From an uncultured Acidobacteriota bacterium (GTDB lineage: Bacteria; Acidobacteriota; Vicinamibacteria; Vicinamibacterales; UBA2999): a stretch of 64,000 bases of DNA. A program made the translations under genes and the position numbers. The stretch covers positions 201,486-265,485 of the forward strand of contig CAWFEX010000004.1 in NCBI GenBank assembly GCA_963814955.1, in the 5' to 3' direction. How positions within the stretch are numbered: the stretch's first letter is position 1; every line of letters starts with the position of its first letter. Of this stretch, positions 47,355-56,913 are shown one piece after another. The notes under the pieces were generated by a model. It worked only from the letters and a program-made list of their open reading frames with translations. It had not been told where the DNA came from and did not search any database.

Positions 47355-48086
47355 ATGCGTGAAACGGTCGCCGCCCTTCGCTCGATCGTGACCTACATCG
47401 TCATTCTCGGCTACATTGCGGTAGTTGGACCGGTGGGCCTTTTCATCGGAATCGTCTTCCGGTCGAAGCGAGTCGTGTACGCACTTGGCCATGCCGGCGT
47501 CTGGCTGGCGCTGGCGCTCGTGGGAATTCGGTATCGTGTGGCCGGACGTGAACACGTGCCCGCATCGGCGGTGGTGTTCTGCGCCAACCACGAGAGCAAC
47601 GTCGATCCGCCAGTCCTCTTTCGCGCGCTCCATCCGTATTTGCACATCCTATACAAGGCGGAACTGCACAAATTCCCCATTATGGGCACCGTCCTGGACG
47701 TCGGTGGATTCGTTCCGATCGAACGCAGCGATCGGGACAAAGCCGCTCAGTCAATCGCGCAGGGCGCAGAGTCGCTCAGGGCCGGTAACTCGTTTCTGAT
47801 ATTTCCCGAGGGCACGCGCAGCCGCACGGGACACCTTCTGCCGTTCAAAAAAGGCGGTTTCATCATGGCTATACGGGCGCAAGTCCCAATCGTCCCGGTG
47901 TCGGTTCAGGGTGGCAAAGCCGCGATGCGGAGGGGAAGCGCGATTGTGCGGCCGGTGCGTGTGAGTGTACGGATCGGCCGACCGATTCCGACGGCCGGGC
48001 TCACTCTCGATGATCGCGATCAGGTTATTGCGACAGTCCGTGAGGAAATCGAAAATCTGATGCGTCAGGGGTCGCTGTGGGGCTAG
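47355..48086 (+). CDS. plsC: 1-acyl-sn-glycerol-3-phosphate acyltransferase
   Basis: The HX4D motif is CANHESNVDPP. FPEGTRSRTG is present, and there is an N-terminal TM helix. Confidence 0.85.
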   Translation: MRETVAALRSIVTYIVILGYIAVVGPVGLFIGIVFRSKRVVYALGHAGVWLALALVGIRYRVAGREHVPASAVVFCANHESNVDPPVLFRALHPYLHILYKAELHKFPIMGTVLDVGGFVPIERSDRDKAAQSIAQGAESLRAGNSFLIFPEGTRSRTGHLLPFKKGGFIMAIRAQVPIVPVSVQGGKAAMRRGSAIVRPVRVSVRIGRPIPTAGLTLDDRDQVIATVREEIENLMRQGSLWG

Positions 48087-49192
48087 CCGCCAACTGAAAA
48101 GGTCAACATCCACGGGCGCACCGGCGCACCGTCGAACGTCGTAATGCCCTCGAGCAGATCAACCCTGATCGTTCTGAACGGGTCTGGCGGCCGGGTGAAA
48201 CGAATTTCAATCGCACGATTCGCAGCGTCGTACGACTGCGTGAACTCGAGCGGCATTTCCCCCGTCGCGGGGGCCTGCGCGCCGCCCACGTAAGCGACCC
48301 GAATACGGTCTGCCAGTGATCCCGCATTCAACCCGCGCGAGAACTGGACACGGACGGTGCCCGTCAACGGAACGTCTGCTTCACCTTCTGTGGGCGAACT
48401 GAACACGACTTCGCCAGGCTCGGGAGGCGGGGCCGGTGCGCGCGAGTCCTCTTCAACGACCGGTTCCTGCGGCGCCGTCGCGGCCGTCAGCGTCGTTCCT
48501 GAGATGACCACCAGTCCGCGATCCTGCGTCACAGTGCCGCTCACTTGCAGCCACCGGCCCGTGTCGACGCGCGCCTCAACCGAAAGATCGAATCCGCGAC
48601 CGCGCGGTCGCAGATCGGTCACCCAGACGGCGGCATCCGCCGAGCGCAGTACGAAGTCGTACCGACTCTTGCCAGGCGCGCTTGGCTGGTCGCCGAACAG
48701 ATTGCGACCTCGGAATTCACCGACGACGGTGACGGTCTGCCCCTCGAAGCGCCACGGCTGAAGCGCGAGCGCGCGCAGGGATGGTGACGTCGCCAGCTGT
48801 GCTTCAGTGATGTTCGTCACGCTTATGACGAAATCCTCCCCTGGCCGCGGCCACCGCTCTGCGTCCAGCGTCCCCGTATAGCTGCGCACGCGCGGGTCGC
48901 CCGGCTCGAGGCGTCCCACATCGAACAGCTGGCCGCGTATTTCGACGAGACCGCTGCTGGGGCCCTTGGCGTCATTGAGAATGAGTGGAATCTCGCGCTC
49001 TCCGCCGCGCAGGACGAGTCCCGGGCCGCTCTCCACGAGTTCGCCGTGGAGCAGCACATTCTGCAAGTGGAAGTAACTGGGAAACTGACGTACGGCCGCC
49101 ACAGTGGTGGACCGGCGTACGGCCGGCTGGGTGTCTGCGCTGCTGGCCACAGCGAGCAGCACGACGACGGTCGCCAGCAAGCGACGTTTCAC
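48083..49192 (-). CDS. secreted hypothetical protein with C-terminal Ig-like (SbsA/Big_5-type) domain
   Basis: GTG at 49192 gives VKRRLLATVVVLLAVASSADTQ (signal peptide). The C-terminus EVVFSSPTEGEADVPLTGTVRVQFSRGLNAGSL resembles SbsA_Ig. The upstream part of ORF 48083..49600 overlaps the OPT gene and reads as junk. Confidence 0.6.
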   Translation of the reverse strand: MKRRLLATVVVLLAVASSADTQPAVRRSTTVAAVRQFPSYFHLQNVLLHGELVESGPGLVLRGGEREIPLILNDAKGPSSGLVEIRGQLFDVGRLEPGDPRVRSYTGTLDAERWPRPGEDFVISVTNITEAQLATSPSLRALALQPWRFEGQTVTVVGEFRGRNLFGDQPSAPGKSRYDFVLRSADAAVWVTDLRPRGRGFDLSVEARVDTGRWLQVSGTVTQDRGLVVISGTTLTAATAPQEPVVEEDSRAPAPPPEPGEVVFSSPTEGEADVPLTGTVRVQFSRGLNAGSLADRIRVAYVGGAQAPATGEMPLEFTQSYDAANRAIEIRFTRPPDPFRTIRVDLLEGITTFDGAPVRPWMLTFSVGG

Positions 49193-49196
49193 TACT

Positions 49197-51138
49197 TCAT
49201 TGTACTTTGCGCATTCCCACGCGGGCGACGATTCCCGCCAAAGCAAAGAACAAAATTGTGCTCGCCACCTGAGCAAGCGGTGTTTCCTCGCGGAAATAGT
49301 GGAAAGCCGTGCCCACGGCGGCAAACGGATCGATAGAGCCGGTGCCGACCAGGATCGCGAACAGTATTCCGGCAATCGATCCGCCGGCAATGAGGCCGGA
49401 ACTGAACAATGTTCCGGCGCCCAGCTCCGATTCCTGAACGCGGGTCTTGTGATCGACCCATCCTCGGTACGAGGCCCCCCACGAATATCGGAGCCGTCGT
49501 GGCGATGGGAAGATACAGACCGACAGCGAACGACAGCGAGTGAACGCCGCAAAGCTCGACGGTAATCGCGATGAAGATCCCTACCAGCACAAGGCCCCAC
49601 GGCAGGTTCTGGTTCAGAAGGCCGGTGATGATTGTCGCCATGAGGGTGGCCTGCGGCGCCGGGACCGCCGCCGATCCAATGCCAAACACTTCATGCATGT
49701 ACAGCGTCGTCAACCCGATGATGAGGCCGGACGCGAGGACGCCGATAATCAAACCAATCTGCTGGTACACCGGCGTTGCCCCGACGATATAGCCCGTCTT
49801 CAGGTCCTGTGATGTCGTCCCGGCATTCGCCGCGGCAATGCACACGATCGCGCCGACGCACAACGCAATCGGCGAATACATGTCGCCAGTCCACCCGAGG
49901 GCGACGAACAAGAGGCACGTCAGAATCAATGTGGCGATCGTCATGCCGGAAATCGGGTTTGACGAGGACCCGATGAGTCCGGTAATGCGCGACGAGACGG
50001 TCGCGAAGAAGAAGCCAAATATCAGAATGAGGAGGGCGGCAAGAAAATTACCCTGCGTTGGAAGGCCTGGCGTAACCGCGAGGAAGATCGCCAGCAGAAG
50101 CGAGCCACCCAGGACAATCTTCATCGGAATGTCGCGTTCCGTGCGGAGTCCGGTACCAGCGCCGCTGGCCGCCGCCAAATCGCGAAAGCTCCCTCGTGCC
50201 GATGCAACAATCGAGGGGATCGTCCGGGCGAGCGTGATGAGACCAGCGGCGAGTACGCCGCCCGCGCCGATGTACCGGATGTAAGCGCTCCACAGTTGCC
50301 CCGGATCCATTTCTGACAGCAGGAACGGACGTCCGGTTGCCGGATTGACCGCGAAATTCGGATGGATAGGCGGGAATGGCTCGGTGATGAACTGACCAAG
50401 AATCGACAGCAGTGGCAGGAGCCCAAGCCACGCAAGTACTCCGCCCGCCACCATCGTCCCGGCGATCCGCGGCCCGATTACGTAACCGACGCCGAGATAT
50501 TCGGGGGAGATATCAACGGCGAGCGTCGCGTTCGGAAACTGGCTGGTACGCGGCATCACGTAGCCGATTTCCGTGCGAAAGAGATTGAAAATCCACGAAA
50601 GCGCCTTCCAGAGGAGCCCCACGCCGAGGCCGCCGAACACCAGCGCCGCCAGCTTTCCACCTCGTTCGCCCGCTACGAGAACCTCGGCACATGCGGTCCC
50701 TTCAGGATAGGGCAGGACCCCGTGTTCCTTCACGATGAGCGCTCGGCGTAGCGGCACCATCATGAGCACACCGAGCACTCCACCGGCGAGCGTCAACAAA
50801 GTGATCTGCAGATAGTTGAAATACGACGGCCCGAACGGCATCAGGAATATGAGCGCAGGAATGGTGAATACGACGCCGCCCGCGACCGATTCGCCCGCCG
50901 ATCCAATTGTCTGGACGATGTTGTTTTCGAGGATGGTGGAACCGCCAAGCCTCTTCAGCACCGAGATGGCGAGAACCGCGATTGGAATCGACGCACTGAC
51001 CGTCAGGCCGGCGCGGAGTCCGAGATACACCGTCGATGCACCGAACAGGAGACCGAAGAGGATGCCGAGAACGAGCGCCTTGAACGTGAACTCCGGTAGC
51101 GACCGTGTCGATGGAACGTACGGCGAAAATTCCGGCAT
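49197..51138 (-). CDS. OPT-family oligopeptide transporter; frame broken in the C6 run at 49475-49480
   Basis: MPEFSPYVPSTRSLPEFTFKALVLG is a typical OPT N-terminus, followed by many helices. After ...PIFVGG the frame turns junk. The true tail GWVDHKTRVQESELGAGTLFSSGLIAGGSIAGILFAILVG... is in the frame of ORF 49197..49409. Confidence 0.85.
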
Positions 51139-51146
51139 CGCGCGAG

Positions 51147-51851
51147 ATGGTAGCATTTAACCTTGTGAATCCGCCGAACAAGCGCAGGCAAACACCCGAA
51201 CAGGTGTCTGAGCTGACGACGAACCGGCTTTCGGTCTATCTACGTTGCCTCAACGAGCTCGATGCTGCCGGTATTCAGACGATTTCTTCGCAGGCGCTCG
51301 CCGAACAATTCCATCTCAACGCCGCGCAAATCCGCAAAGACCTCGCGTATTTCGGTGAGTTCGGCGTTCGCGGTGTGGGCTACTACGTCAGGGAGCTCCG
51401 GCGCCATCTTCGACAGATTCTGGGTCTCGACCGAAGGCTGCGTGTTGGCATCATGGGCGCCGGCAACCTCGGACTTGCATTGGCCGACTACCCGGGATTT
51501 CGCCAGGAAGGTTTCGAGATTGCCGCGCTCTTCGATATCGCGAACGAGAAGATCGGGCACGAATCACGCGGCGGCGTTCCGATTCATGACATTCGAGAGT
51601 TGAAGCGTCTCGCGCGGCGGGAACGGTTCGACATTGCCGTGATTGCCGTGCCGGCGCACCACGCCCAGCCCGTGGTCGATCAGGTCGTCGACGCCGGTAT
51701 CAAAGCCATTCTGAACTTCTCTCCCGGCGCACTGAAGGTTCCCTCCGAAGTGAAGCTGAAGAGCGTGGACCTGACCGTATCGCTTGAAAGCCTCTCGTTC
51801 TATCTCGCGCAAGGAGACGAAGGAAGTGGCAAGAGCACTGTCGCACGTTGA
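51147..51851 (+). CDS. rex: redox-sensing transcriptional repressor Rex
   Basis: RLSVYLRCLNELDAAGIQTISSQALAEQFHLNAAQIRKDLAYFGEFGVRGVGYYV is the Rex winged helix. GIMGAGNLGLALA is the Rossmann fold. The start is 51147 or GTG 51165. Confidence 0.85.
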   Translation: MVAFNLVNPPNKRRQTPEQVSELTTNRLSVYLRCLNELDAAGIQTISSQALAEQFHLNAAQIRKDLAYFGEFGVRGVGYYVRELRRHLRQILGLDRRLRVGIMGAGNLGLALADYPGFRQEGFEIAALFDIANEKIGHESRGGVPIHDIRELKRLARRERFDIAVIAVPAHHAQPVVDQVVDAGIKAILNFSPGALKVPSEVKLKSVDLTVSLESLSFYLAQGDEGSGKSTVAR

Positions 51852-52308
51852 CCGTCGCGGTCGCGTGAAGATGGTCGACGTCGGCGACAAACCGGTGACC
51901 GACCGCGAGGCAATTGCCCGCGGCGAAATCACCATGAGCCGCGCCGCCTTGAGCGCGATTCGGGCAGGCTCCGTGGCAAAGGGCGACCCGCTCCAGGCCG
52001 CACGGCTGGCAGGCATCATGGCGGCGAAGCAGACGTCAACGATTATTCCGCTCTGCCATCCGCTTCCGTTAACGCATATCAGCGTGGACTTGACGTCGGC
52101 GCCGCGCGGTTACCGGATTGAGGCCCGCGTTCGTACGAGCGCACGTACTGGTGTGGAAATGGAGGCCCTGGTTGCGGTTGCGGCTGCGGCGCTGACGATT
52201 TACGACATGCTGAAGGCGATCGACAAGGCGATGGTGATCGGAGATATCTGCCTCATCGAAAAGCGGGGAGGGAGATCCGGGACGTATAAACGTTCGAATC
52301 GCTCATGA
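51826..52308 (+). CDS. moaC: cyclic pyranopterin monophosphate synthase MoaC
   Basis: GTG at 51826, 9 nt after AAGGAG. LSHVDRRGRVKMVDVGDKPVTDREA..., IIPLCHPLPLTHISVDL and GVEMEALVAVAAAALTIYDM match MoaC. Confidence 0.88.
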   Translation: MARALSHVDRRGRVKMVDVGDKPVTDREAIARGEITMSRAALSAIRAGSVAKGDPLQAARLAGIMAAKQTSTIIPLCHPLPLTHISVDLTSAPRGYRIEARVRTSARTGVEMEALVAVAAAALTIYDMLKAIDKAMVIGDICLIEKRGGRSGTYKRSNRS

Positions 52309-52364
52309 CCTCGCGAGCTGATGCCAGGCGCGCGAGTGTGCCGGCGATCCGAACGTTCTCGATG

Positions 52365-52580
52365 TCAGCTGCGCCGGTAGCGTCGCCACGCCATCATAGC
52401 GCCCGATAACATCAGCGCGGTGCCAACGACCTGCTCGAACGCACGGTCCCGAACAAACCGCTGCGCGTATCGACGTGGCGTCATTTCGCGCGCGCGCGCC
52501 TCGAGCCGCAGCAGCTTTTGATCGAGGTCGGTGCGCGTCTGGTCTATCTCCGACCGTATGACATCCGCTTCGCGAACCAT
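52365..52580 (-). CDS. DUF3618-like small protein
   Basis: IRSEIDQTRTDLDQKLLRLEARA, then a C-terminal hydrophobic helix. It overlaps the upstream holin-like gene. Confidence 0.6.
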   Translation of the reverse strand: MVREADVIRSEIDQTRTDLDQKLLRLEARAREMTPRRYAQRFVRDRAFEQVVGTALMLSGAMMAWRRYRRS

Positions 52581-52960
52581 GCGGCATTCTCCTTTAGCGT
52601 TGAGACCGTTTCGGGTGGAACAGCGTGAAGCCGCTGCAGCTGCTTACGTCCTGACGCCATCGCCACGAATCCCACCAGGCACAACAGAACGGCAACAGTC
52701 AGAAACCCACCCCAAACCGGCCACTCCAGCAAATCGGCGATGCCCATGGCGGCTGCCAGGAGCAGGAAAATGGTCCCGACTCCCAGGGCGCCGGCCATGA
52801 TCCCGTAGCTCACCGCGGCTGCTCGCGCCCGGCCGGCTTGTTCTCGAAGCTCTACCCGTGCGAGGGCGAGTTCCTCGCGGATCAACGTACGCAAATCGGT
52901 CAGAACGCCGCGGACGAGGCTTCCAATCGACTCATCGCGGACCAGTTCACGGTTCTCCAT
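52544..52960 (-). CDS. phage-holin-superfamily-III-like (Holin-X/DUF1469) membrane protein
   Basis: LVRGVLTDLRTLIREELALARVELRE, followed by two TM helices, as in actinobacterial Holin-X type proteins. Confidence 0.6.
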   Translation of the reverse strand: MENRELVRDESIGSLVRGVLTDLRTLIREELALARVELREQAGRARAAAVSYGIMAGALGVGTIFLLLAAAMGIADLLEWPVWGGFLTVAVLLCLVGFVAMASGRKQLQRLHAVPPETVSTLKENAAWFAKRMSYGRR

Positions 52961-53027
52961 AATGGAAAAAACAGAGCAAGCGAGGTACCGGACGGCTCCC
53001 GTCGCGTTCTTCGCGCGTTGGAATGGC

Positions 53028-53931
53028 TCAGCTACGTTCGACGGGTGAGTGACGCGGAGGTGGCGGCTCGATATGAATGACGACGTCGCGGAGCGAGGGA
53101 AAACGGTTCATGAGCCGGTCCTTTACGACGTGAGACGTGCGATGTGCCGACTCGAGCGTGGTCCCACCGTCGAGCCACAGATGCAGGTCCATGAACACGT
53201 GATCCGCTGAGCCGCGCGTCCTGATCTGGTGGCAGCCAAGAACATCGGGAATGGAGCTCACCACCGCTCGTACATCGTCTTCGGCAATCACGATTTCATC
53301 GGCCAGAATGCGCGAGGACTGCTGTGCGATTTCCCACCCGGCGTGGCCGATGAAAGCAGCCACCAGCAGCGCGGCGAGCGGGTCCAGCAGCGGGTAGCCC
53401 CACCAGACTCCGAGCAGCGCCCCGAGCACGGCTCCCGACGTCAACACGTCGCTGCGTGTATGTTTCGCATCCGCGTGGAGAACTTCACTGTTCAATTCGC
53501 GGGCTTGGCGCTGCTCATACGACACCACGAACAGGTTCACGACCAGTGTGACCGTCATCACGGCGATCCCCTCTGGAAACACACGCGGGACCCCGCCATT
53601 GATGAGCCTGTCGTACGCGGCACCCAGCACCTGTACGAGCACGACGATGAGAAATACGAGAATCCCGAGCGACGCCATCGTTTCGGTACTTGCGGTGTCC
53701 GTAAGGATGGTTCTCGTCAGGGGGCCGTCTGGCGATCGAGACGCCCACGAGCGCGACGACGTTGGACGCCGAGTCCGTCAGTGAATGAAAGCCGTCCGAT
53801 GTGATCGACACGGCCCCGGTGACGTATCCGAGGACGATTTTGACGAGGGCGACAGCGAGGTTGAGGACGAGGACGCGATAGAGGACGCGGACGACCTGAG
53901 AGTAACGGTCAGTGACCAAGTCAAAGGTCAA
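53028..53931 (-). CDS. cation diffusion facilitator (CDF) metal efflux transporter; frame broken near 53685
   Basis: ORF 53515..53931 has LNLAVALVKIVLGYVTGAVSITSDGFHSLTD...HPYGHRKY and then junk. ORF 53028..53678 continues as (ET)MASLGILVFLIV...HADAKHTRSDVLTS...HIEP. Confidence 0.85.
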
Positions 53932-53954
53932 AAGTCAAAGGTCAAAAGTCAAAA
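53920..53954. repeat. heptamer microsatellite (GTCAAAR)x5
   Basis: GTCAAAG GTCAAAA GTCAAAG GTCAAAA GTCAAAA at 53920-53954, overlapping the CDF start region. A partly complementary TTTGCCTTTTGCCTTTTGC lies at 53971-53989. Confidence 0.85.
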
Positions 53955-53997
53955 GTAATCACCGCCCGGATTTGCCTTTTGCCTTTTGCACTTACGG

Positions 53998-54731
53998 TCA
54001 GAAGATGTGTGCCGTCGGTATCGGCCACCACCGCACCTGTACCTTCCCGATGATGTATTTTTTCGGTACAAAGCCCCAGTGCCGGCTGTCGGAGCTATTG
54101 TTCCGATGGTCGCCCATCACGAAGTAATAGCCCTCCGGCACGACAGAGGGTCCGAAATCATCGTGGCTGCGGTATCCGGAGGCACGAAGTCGTCCTGCAT
54201 TGGCACGTCATTCACGAACACGCGGCCGTCGACGATGCGAACCTGATCGCCTTCCTCGGCAATCACGCGCTTGACGAACGACTTGTCCGGGTTGAGCGGG
54301 TAGTAGAGCATGACGATGTCGCCGCGTCGCGGGACGCCCCAGCGATATGTCAACTTATTGACGATGAGCCGGTCCTGGTCCGCGAGCGTTGGGGCCATGC
54401 TCTGGCCTTCGACACGCGCGACCTGAAAGCCAAACGTGACGATGAGCGTTGCGTAAACGGCTGCCGACGCGAGTGTTTTCACCCAGGCAACGGCCTCGTC
54501 CTTCCAGATGTTGAGGCGATGAAGGATCGCACCGGAACGGTCGTCAACAACCAGTTGGACCTGCGGCTCGATAACCCCCTCGACGAACTCCGCGTGCGCT
54601 GCCAGAGACGACTCGAGCGACGGCGTCAGAGCTTCAGATACTCCCGGAGTCGTTTGGTCTGCGTTCGGCTGACCGGAATCTCCGTTCCCTTCGCGTCCTT
54701 CATCCGAAGGATGTAGTTCCTGCTGAACCAA
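53998..54731 (-). CDS. lepB: signal peptidase I; frame broken near 54175
   Basis: ORF 54117..54731 has [10 protein letters not shown] (catalytic Ser) and [11 protein letters not shown] (Lys box). The conserved end [51 protein letters not shown] is in another frame and ends at 53998. The start is uncertain because the ORF overlaps the lytT-like gene. Confidence 0.85.
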
Positions 54732-55414
54732 GGGACTATCTCCTTGATTTTATTGATATTGACGAGGTGCGACCGATGAACGCGCCAGAACACCTCTGGG
54801 TCCAGGCGCGCCTGCAGCTCGTCCAGTGTTCTGTAATTGGACGTCCCCGTCACCTGCCCTGTAACTATGTTAATCGACTCATCGGCCAGCGAGGCATAGA
54901 TGATCTCCTCGGCCTGCACCAGCAAGAAGCGTTCGCCTACCCTGACGGCCACCTGATCGCGTCTCCGGTTCGCCATCATCTTTACGAGCCGTTCGAGCTG
55001 ATCGTTGACCGGGTCGGAGCGATCCAGGCTCAATCGCCGGCGCGCGCGGGCAAGTGCCTGCTCCAGCCGGCCGGAATCGACAGGCTTGAGCAGGTAATCG
55101 ACCGCGTTGACTTCGAACGCCTCCACGGCGTGCTGATCGAAAGCCGTGACGAACACCAGGGCGGGCGGCTGAGGTTCGCCTTCGAGCAGGCGCCGCGCCA
55201 CCTCGAACCCGTTGAGCCCTGGCATCTGGATGTCGAGAAAGATCAAGTCGGGTTGGAATCTATCGACGGCCGACAGCGCGTCTACGCCGTTTCCCGCCTC
55301 CGCGACCACCTCCACATCCCCCAGCTGTTCGAGCTGGTAGCACAGCTCGGCTCGCGCCGGCTGCTCGTCATCCACCACCATGACCTTCAGCGGTGTGGTC
55401 AGGTCCGCACTCAT
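54626..55414 (-). CDS. LytR/AlgR-family response regulator (receiver plus LytTR)
   Basis: The receiver domain is KVMVVDDEQPAR...DLIFLDIQMPGLNGFEV. The LytTR domain is FWRVHRSHLVNINKI. Confidence 0.85.
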   Translation of the reverse strand: MSADLTTPLKVMVVDDEQPARAELCYQLEQLGDVEVVAEAGNGVDALSAVDRFQPDLIFLDIQMPGLNGFEVARRLLEGEPQPPALVFVTAFDQHAVEAFEVNAVDYLLKPVDSGRLEQALARARRRLSLDRSDPVNDQLERLVKMMANRRRDQVAVRVGERFLLVQAEEIIYASLADESINIVTGQVTGTSNYRTLDELQARLDPEVFWRVHRSHLVNINKIKEIVPWFSRNYILRMKDAKGTEIPVSRTQTKRLREYLKL

Positions 55415-55460
55415 CGGCCGATTCCCGGGTTGTCAGTCAGGGATACGGTGTCGCTGGTGG

Positions 55461-56822
55461 TCATGCCGTAATCTGGTCCACGGCCACGAGCTCGGGGATC
55501 TCCATGCGAACGCGTGTGCCGCGGCCAGGCTCGCTCGTCAGCGTGAGCTGCGACGTCGCGCCGTAGATCACGCGGAGCCTCTCCCGGACGTTGGCGAGCC
55601 CGATACCACTCGACATCGGTTCGTCGAGTCTGGCGATCAGAAATCCCATGCCGTTGTCCTCAACCTCGAGGACCGCGCGTCCGTTTTCGCGCCAACTGCG
55701 GATCACAATCGATCCCGGACCAAGTTTCCGCGCCAGGCCATGCTTGATGGAGTTCTCGACGAGAGGCTGCAGAATCATGCTCGGCACCACCAGTTCTGTG
55801 GTGTCCGGGCTGATGTCCTTCCGCACCTCGAGATTGGGCCCGAAACGCACGACCTCGATGTCGAGGTACTCGTCGATGGCCTCCAATTCCTCGCGCAGGG
55901 TGACGAAATGCTGATGGCTGCGAATAAGGCGCCGCAGCAGGCCCGACAGTTTGATGATTAGCGTGCGCGCGGTTTCAGGCTCCGACCGGATGAGGGAGGA
56001 AATTGACGCGAGCGTGTTGAAAAGGAAATGTGGATTGATCTGGCTCTTGAGCGCTTCAATCTTCGCCGCGAGCAGGAGCTTTTCCTGTTCCTGCAGACGG
56101 TGTTCGATGCGTGCGCTGTTCCAGATTTTGATCGGAGTGGCCACGGCCAGGACCGCGGCCAGAACGACCAGCGTGGTCATCCACATCGACGGCGAGCTCA
56201 GATAGAACAACTTCGACGCACCGAACCGGAGTCCAAGCGCCTGACGCAGCAGTTCGAGTGCTACGGGCGCCGACAAAAGGACGAACTGCCAGTTCGGTTC
56301 GAACCGGCGCAGCATCTGCCACAGGTACTTCCGGAGGTCGACGAAGATGAACGGCGTGAACTGCCAGATCGCTTCCTTCGGGCAGACCTCGCGGATGCCG
56401 CCGCCGGCGAATCCGCAGCCGATTGCAAAAGGCATCGCGATGAACTCGCCGGCGACCAGCGCGGGGATTCCGACCAGCACTCCGACGATTGCGCCCGCGT
56501 AAGGGCCGGCAATCAGTCCGCCGAGAAAGGCGCCCTCGAGCGTCAGGTCGGTCGCCTTGTAGTTGAGCAGCAGCCGCGCCGTTACGCCGGCCATCAGAGG
56601 GACGCCAAGCGCGAGCGCAAATACGAGACGGTCGGTCCAGACGCGCCGCTCGAAGATCAGAATGTGCCTGAACCGCCGAAACCGGGCGAGCATCGTGGCC
56701 AGAACCGCCATGACCGCCAGCTTGACGATCAGCGTCGTCAGCAGCGACTGATCGGCCGACAGGAAAATCGGAGCCTCGAGCACGCGCCCCATTGTAACCA
56801 GCCAGGGGCCTGTCCTTGACAT
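55461..56822 (-). CDS. LytS-type sensor histidine kinase
   Basis: N-terminal multi-TM 5TMR-LYT-like region, then LKSQINPHFLFNTLASISSLI (His_kinase), then HATPase LVENSIKHG...DNGMGF. Confidence 0.85.
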   Translation of the reverse strand: MSRTGPWLVTMGRVLEAPIFLSADQSLLTTLIVKLAVMAVLATMLARFRRFRHILIFERRVWTDRLVFALALGVPLMAGVTARLLLNYKATDLTLEGAFLGGLIAGPYAGAIVGVLVGIPALVAGEFIAMPFAIGCGFAGGGIREVCPKEAIWQFTPFIFVDLRKYLWQMLRRFEPNWQFVLLSAPVALELLRQALGLRFGASKLFYLSSPSMWMTTLVVLAAVLAVATPIKIWNSARIEHRLQEQEKLLLAAKIEALKSQINPHFLFNTLASISSLIRSEPETARTLIIKLSGLLRRLIRSHQHFVTLREELEAIDEYLDIEVVRFGPNLEVRKDISPDTTELVVPSMILQPLVENSIKHGLARKLGPGSIVIRSWRENGRAVLEVEDNGMGFLIARLDEPMSSGIGLANVRERLRVIYGATSQLTLTSEPGRGTRVRMEIPELVAVDQITA

Positions 56823-56913
56823 CCGATATCCGCGGCAATGCCCTTGGCTGGTAGGCGGCCGTCCGACTCCCGGCCTCGGGCTCGTTACGTGGGGCTACTG
56901 CTATGATGGCTCC

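Noticed and set aside
51163-51181. Possible Rex operator TTGTGAA-N-GAACAA at the rex/OPT divergent region.
   Set aside because: Only the first half-site matches the TTGTGAA...TTCACAA consensus. The second half matches at most 4 of 7 positions at any spacing, and the site lies inside the probable rex coding start. This is too weak to call.
52365-52960. Holin-like gene plus DUF3618 as evidence of a phage lysis cassette.
   Set aside because: This gene pair is widespread as a chromosomal, stress-associated membrane-protein module. No endolysin or other phage genes are adjacent.
53920-53954. Checked whether the heptamer repeats, or any other repeats in the window, form a CRISPR array.
   Set aside because: The units are 7 nt with no spacers. 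No 24-40-nt repeat/spacer periodicity and no cas genes were seen anywhere in the window.
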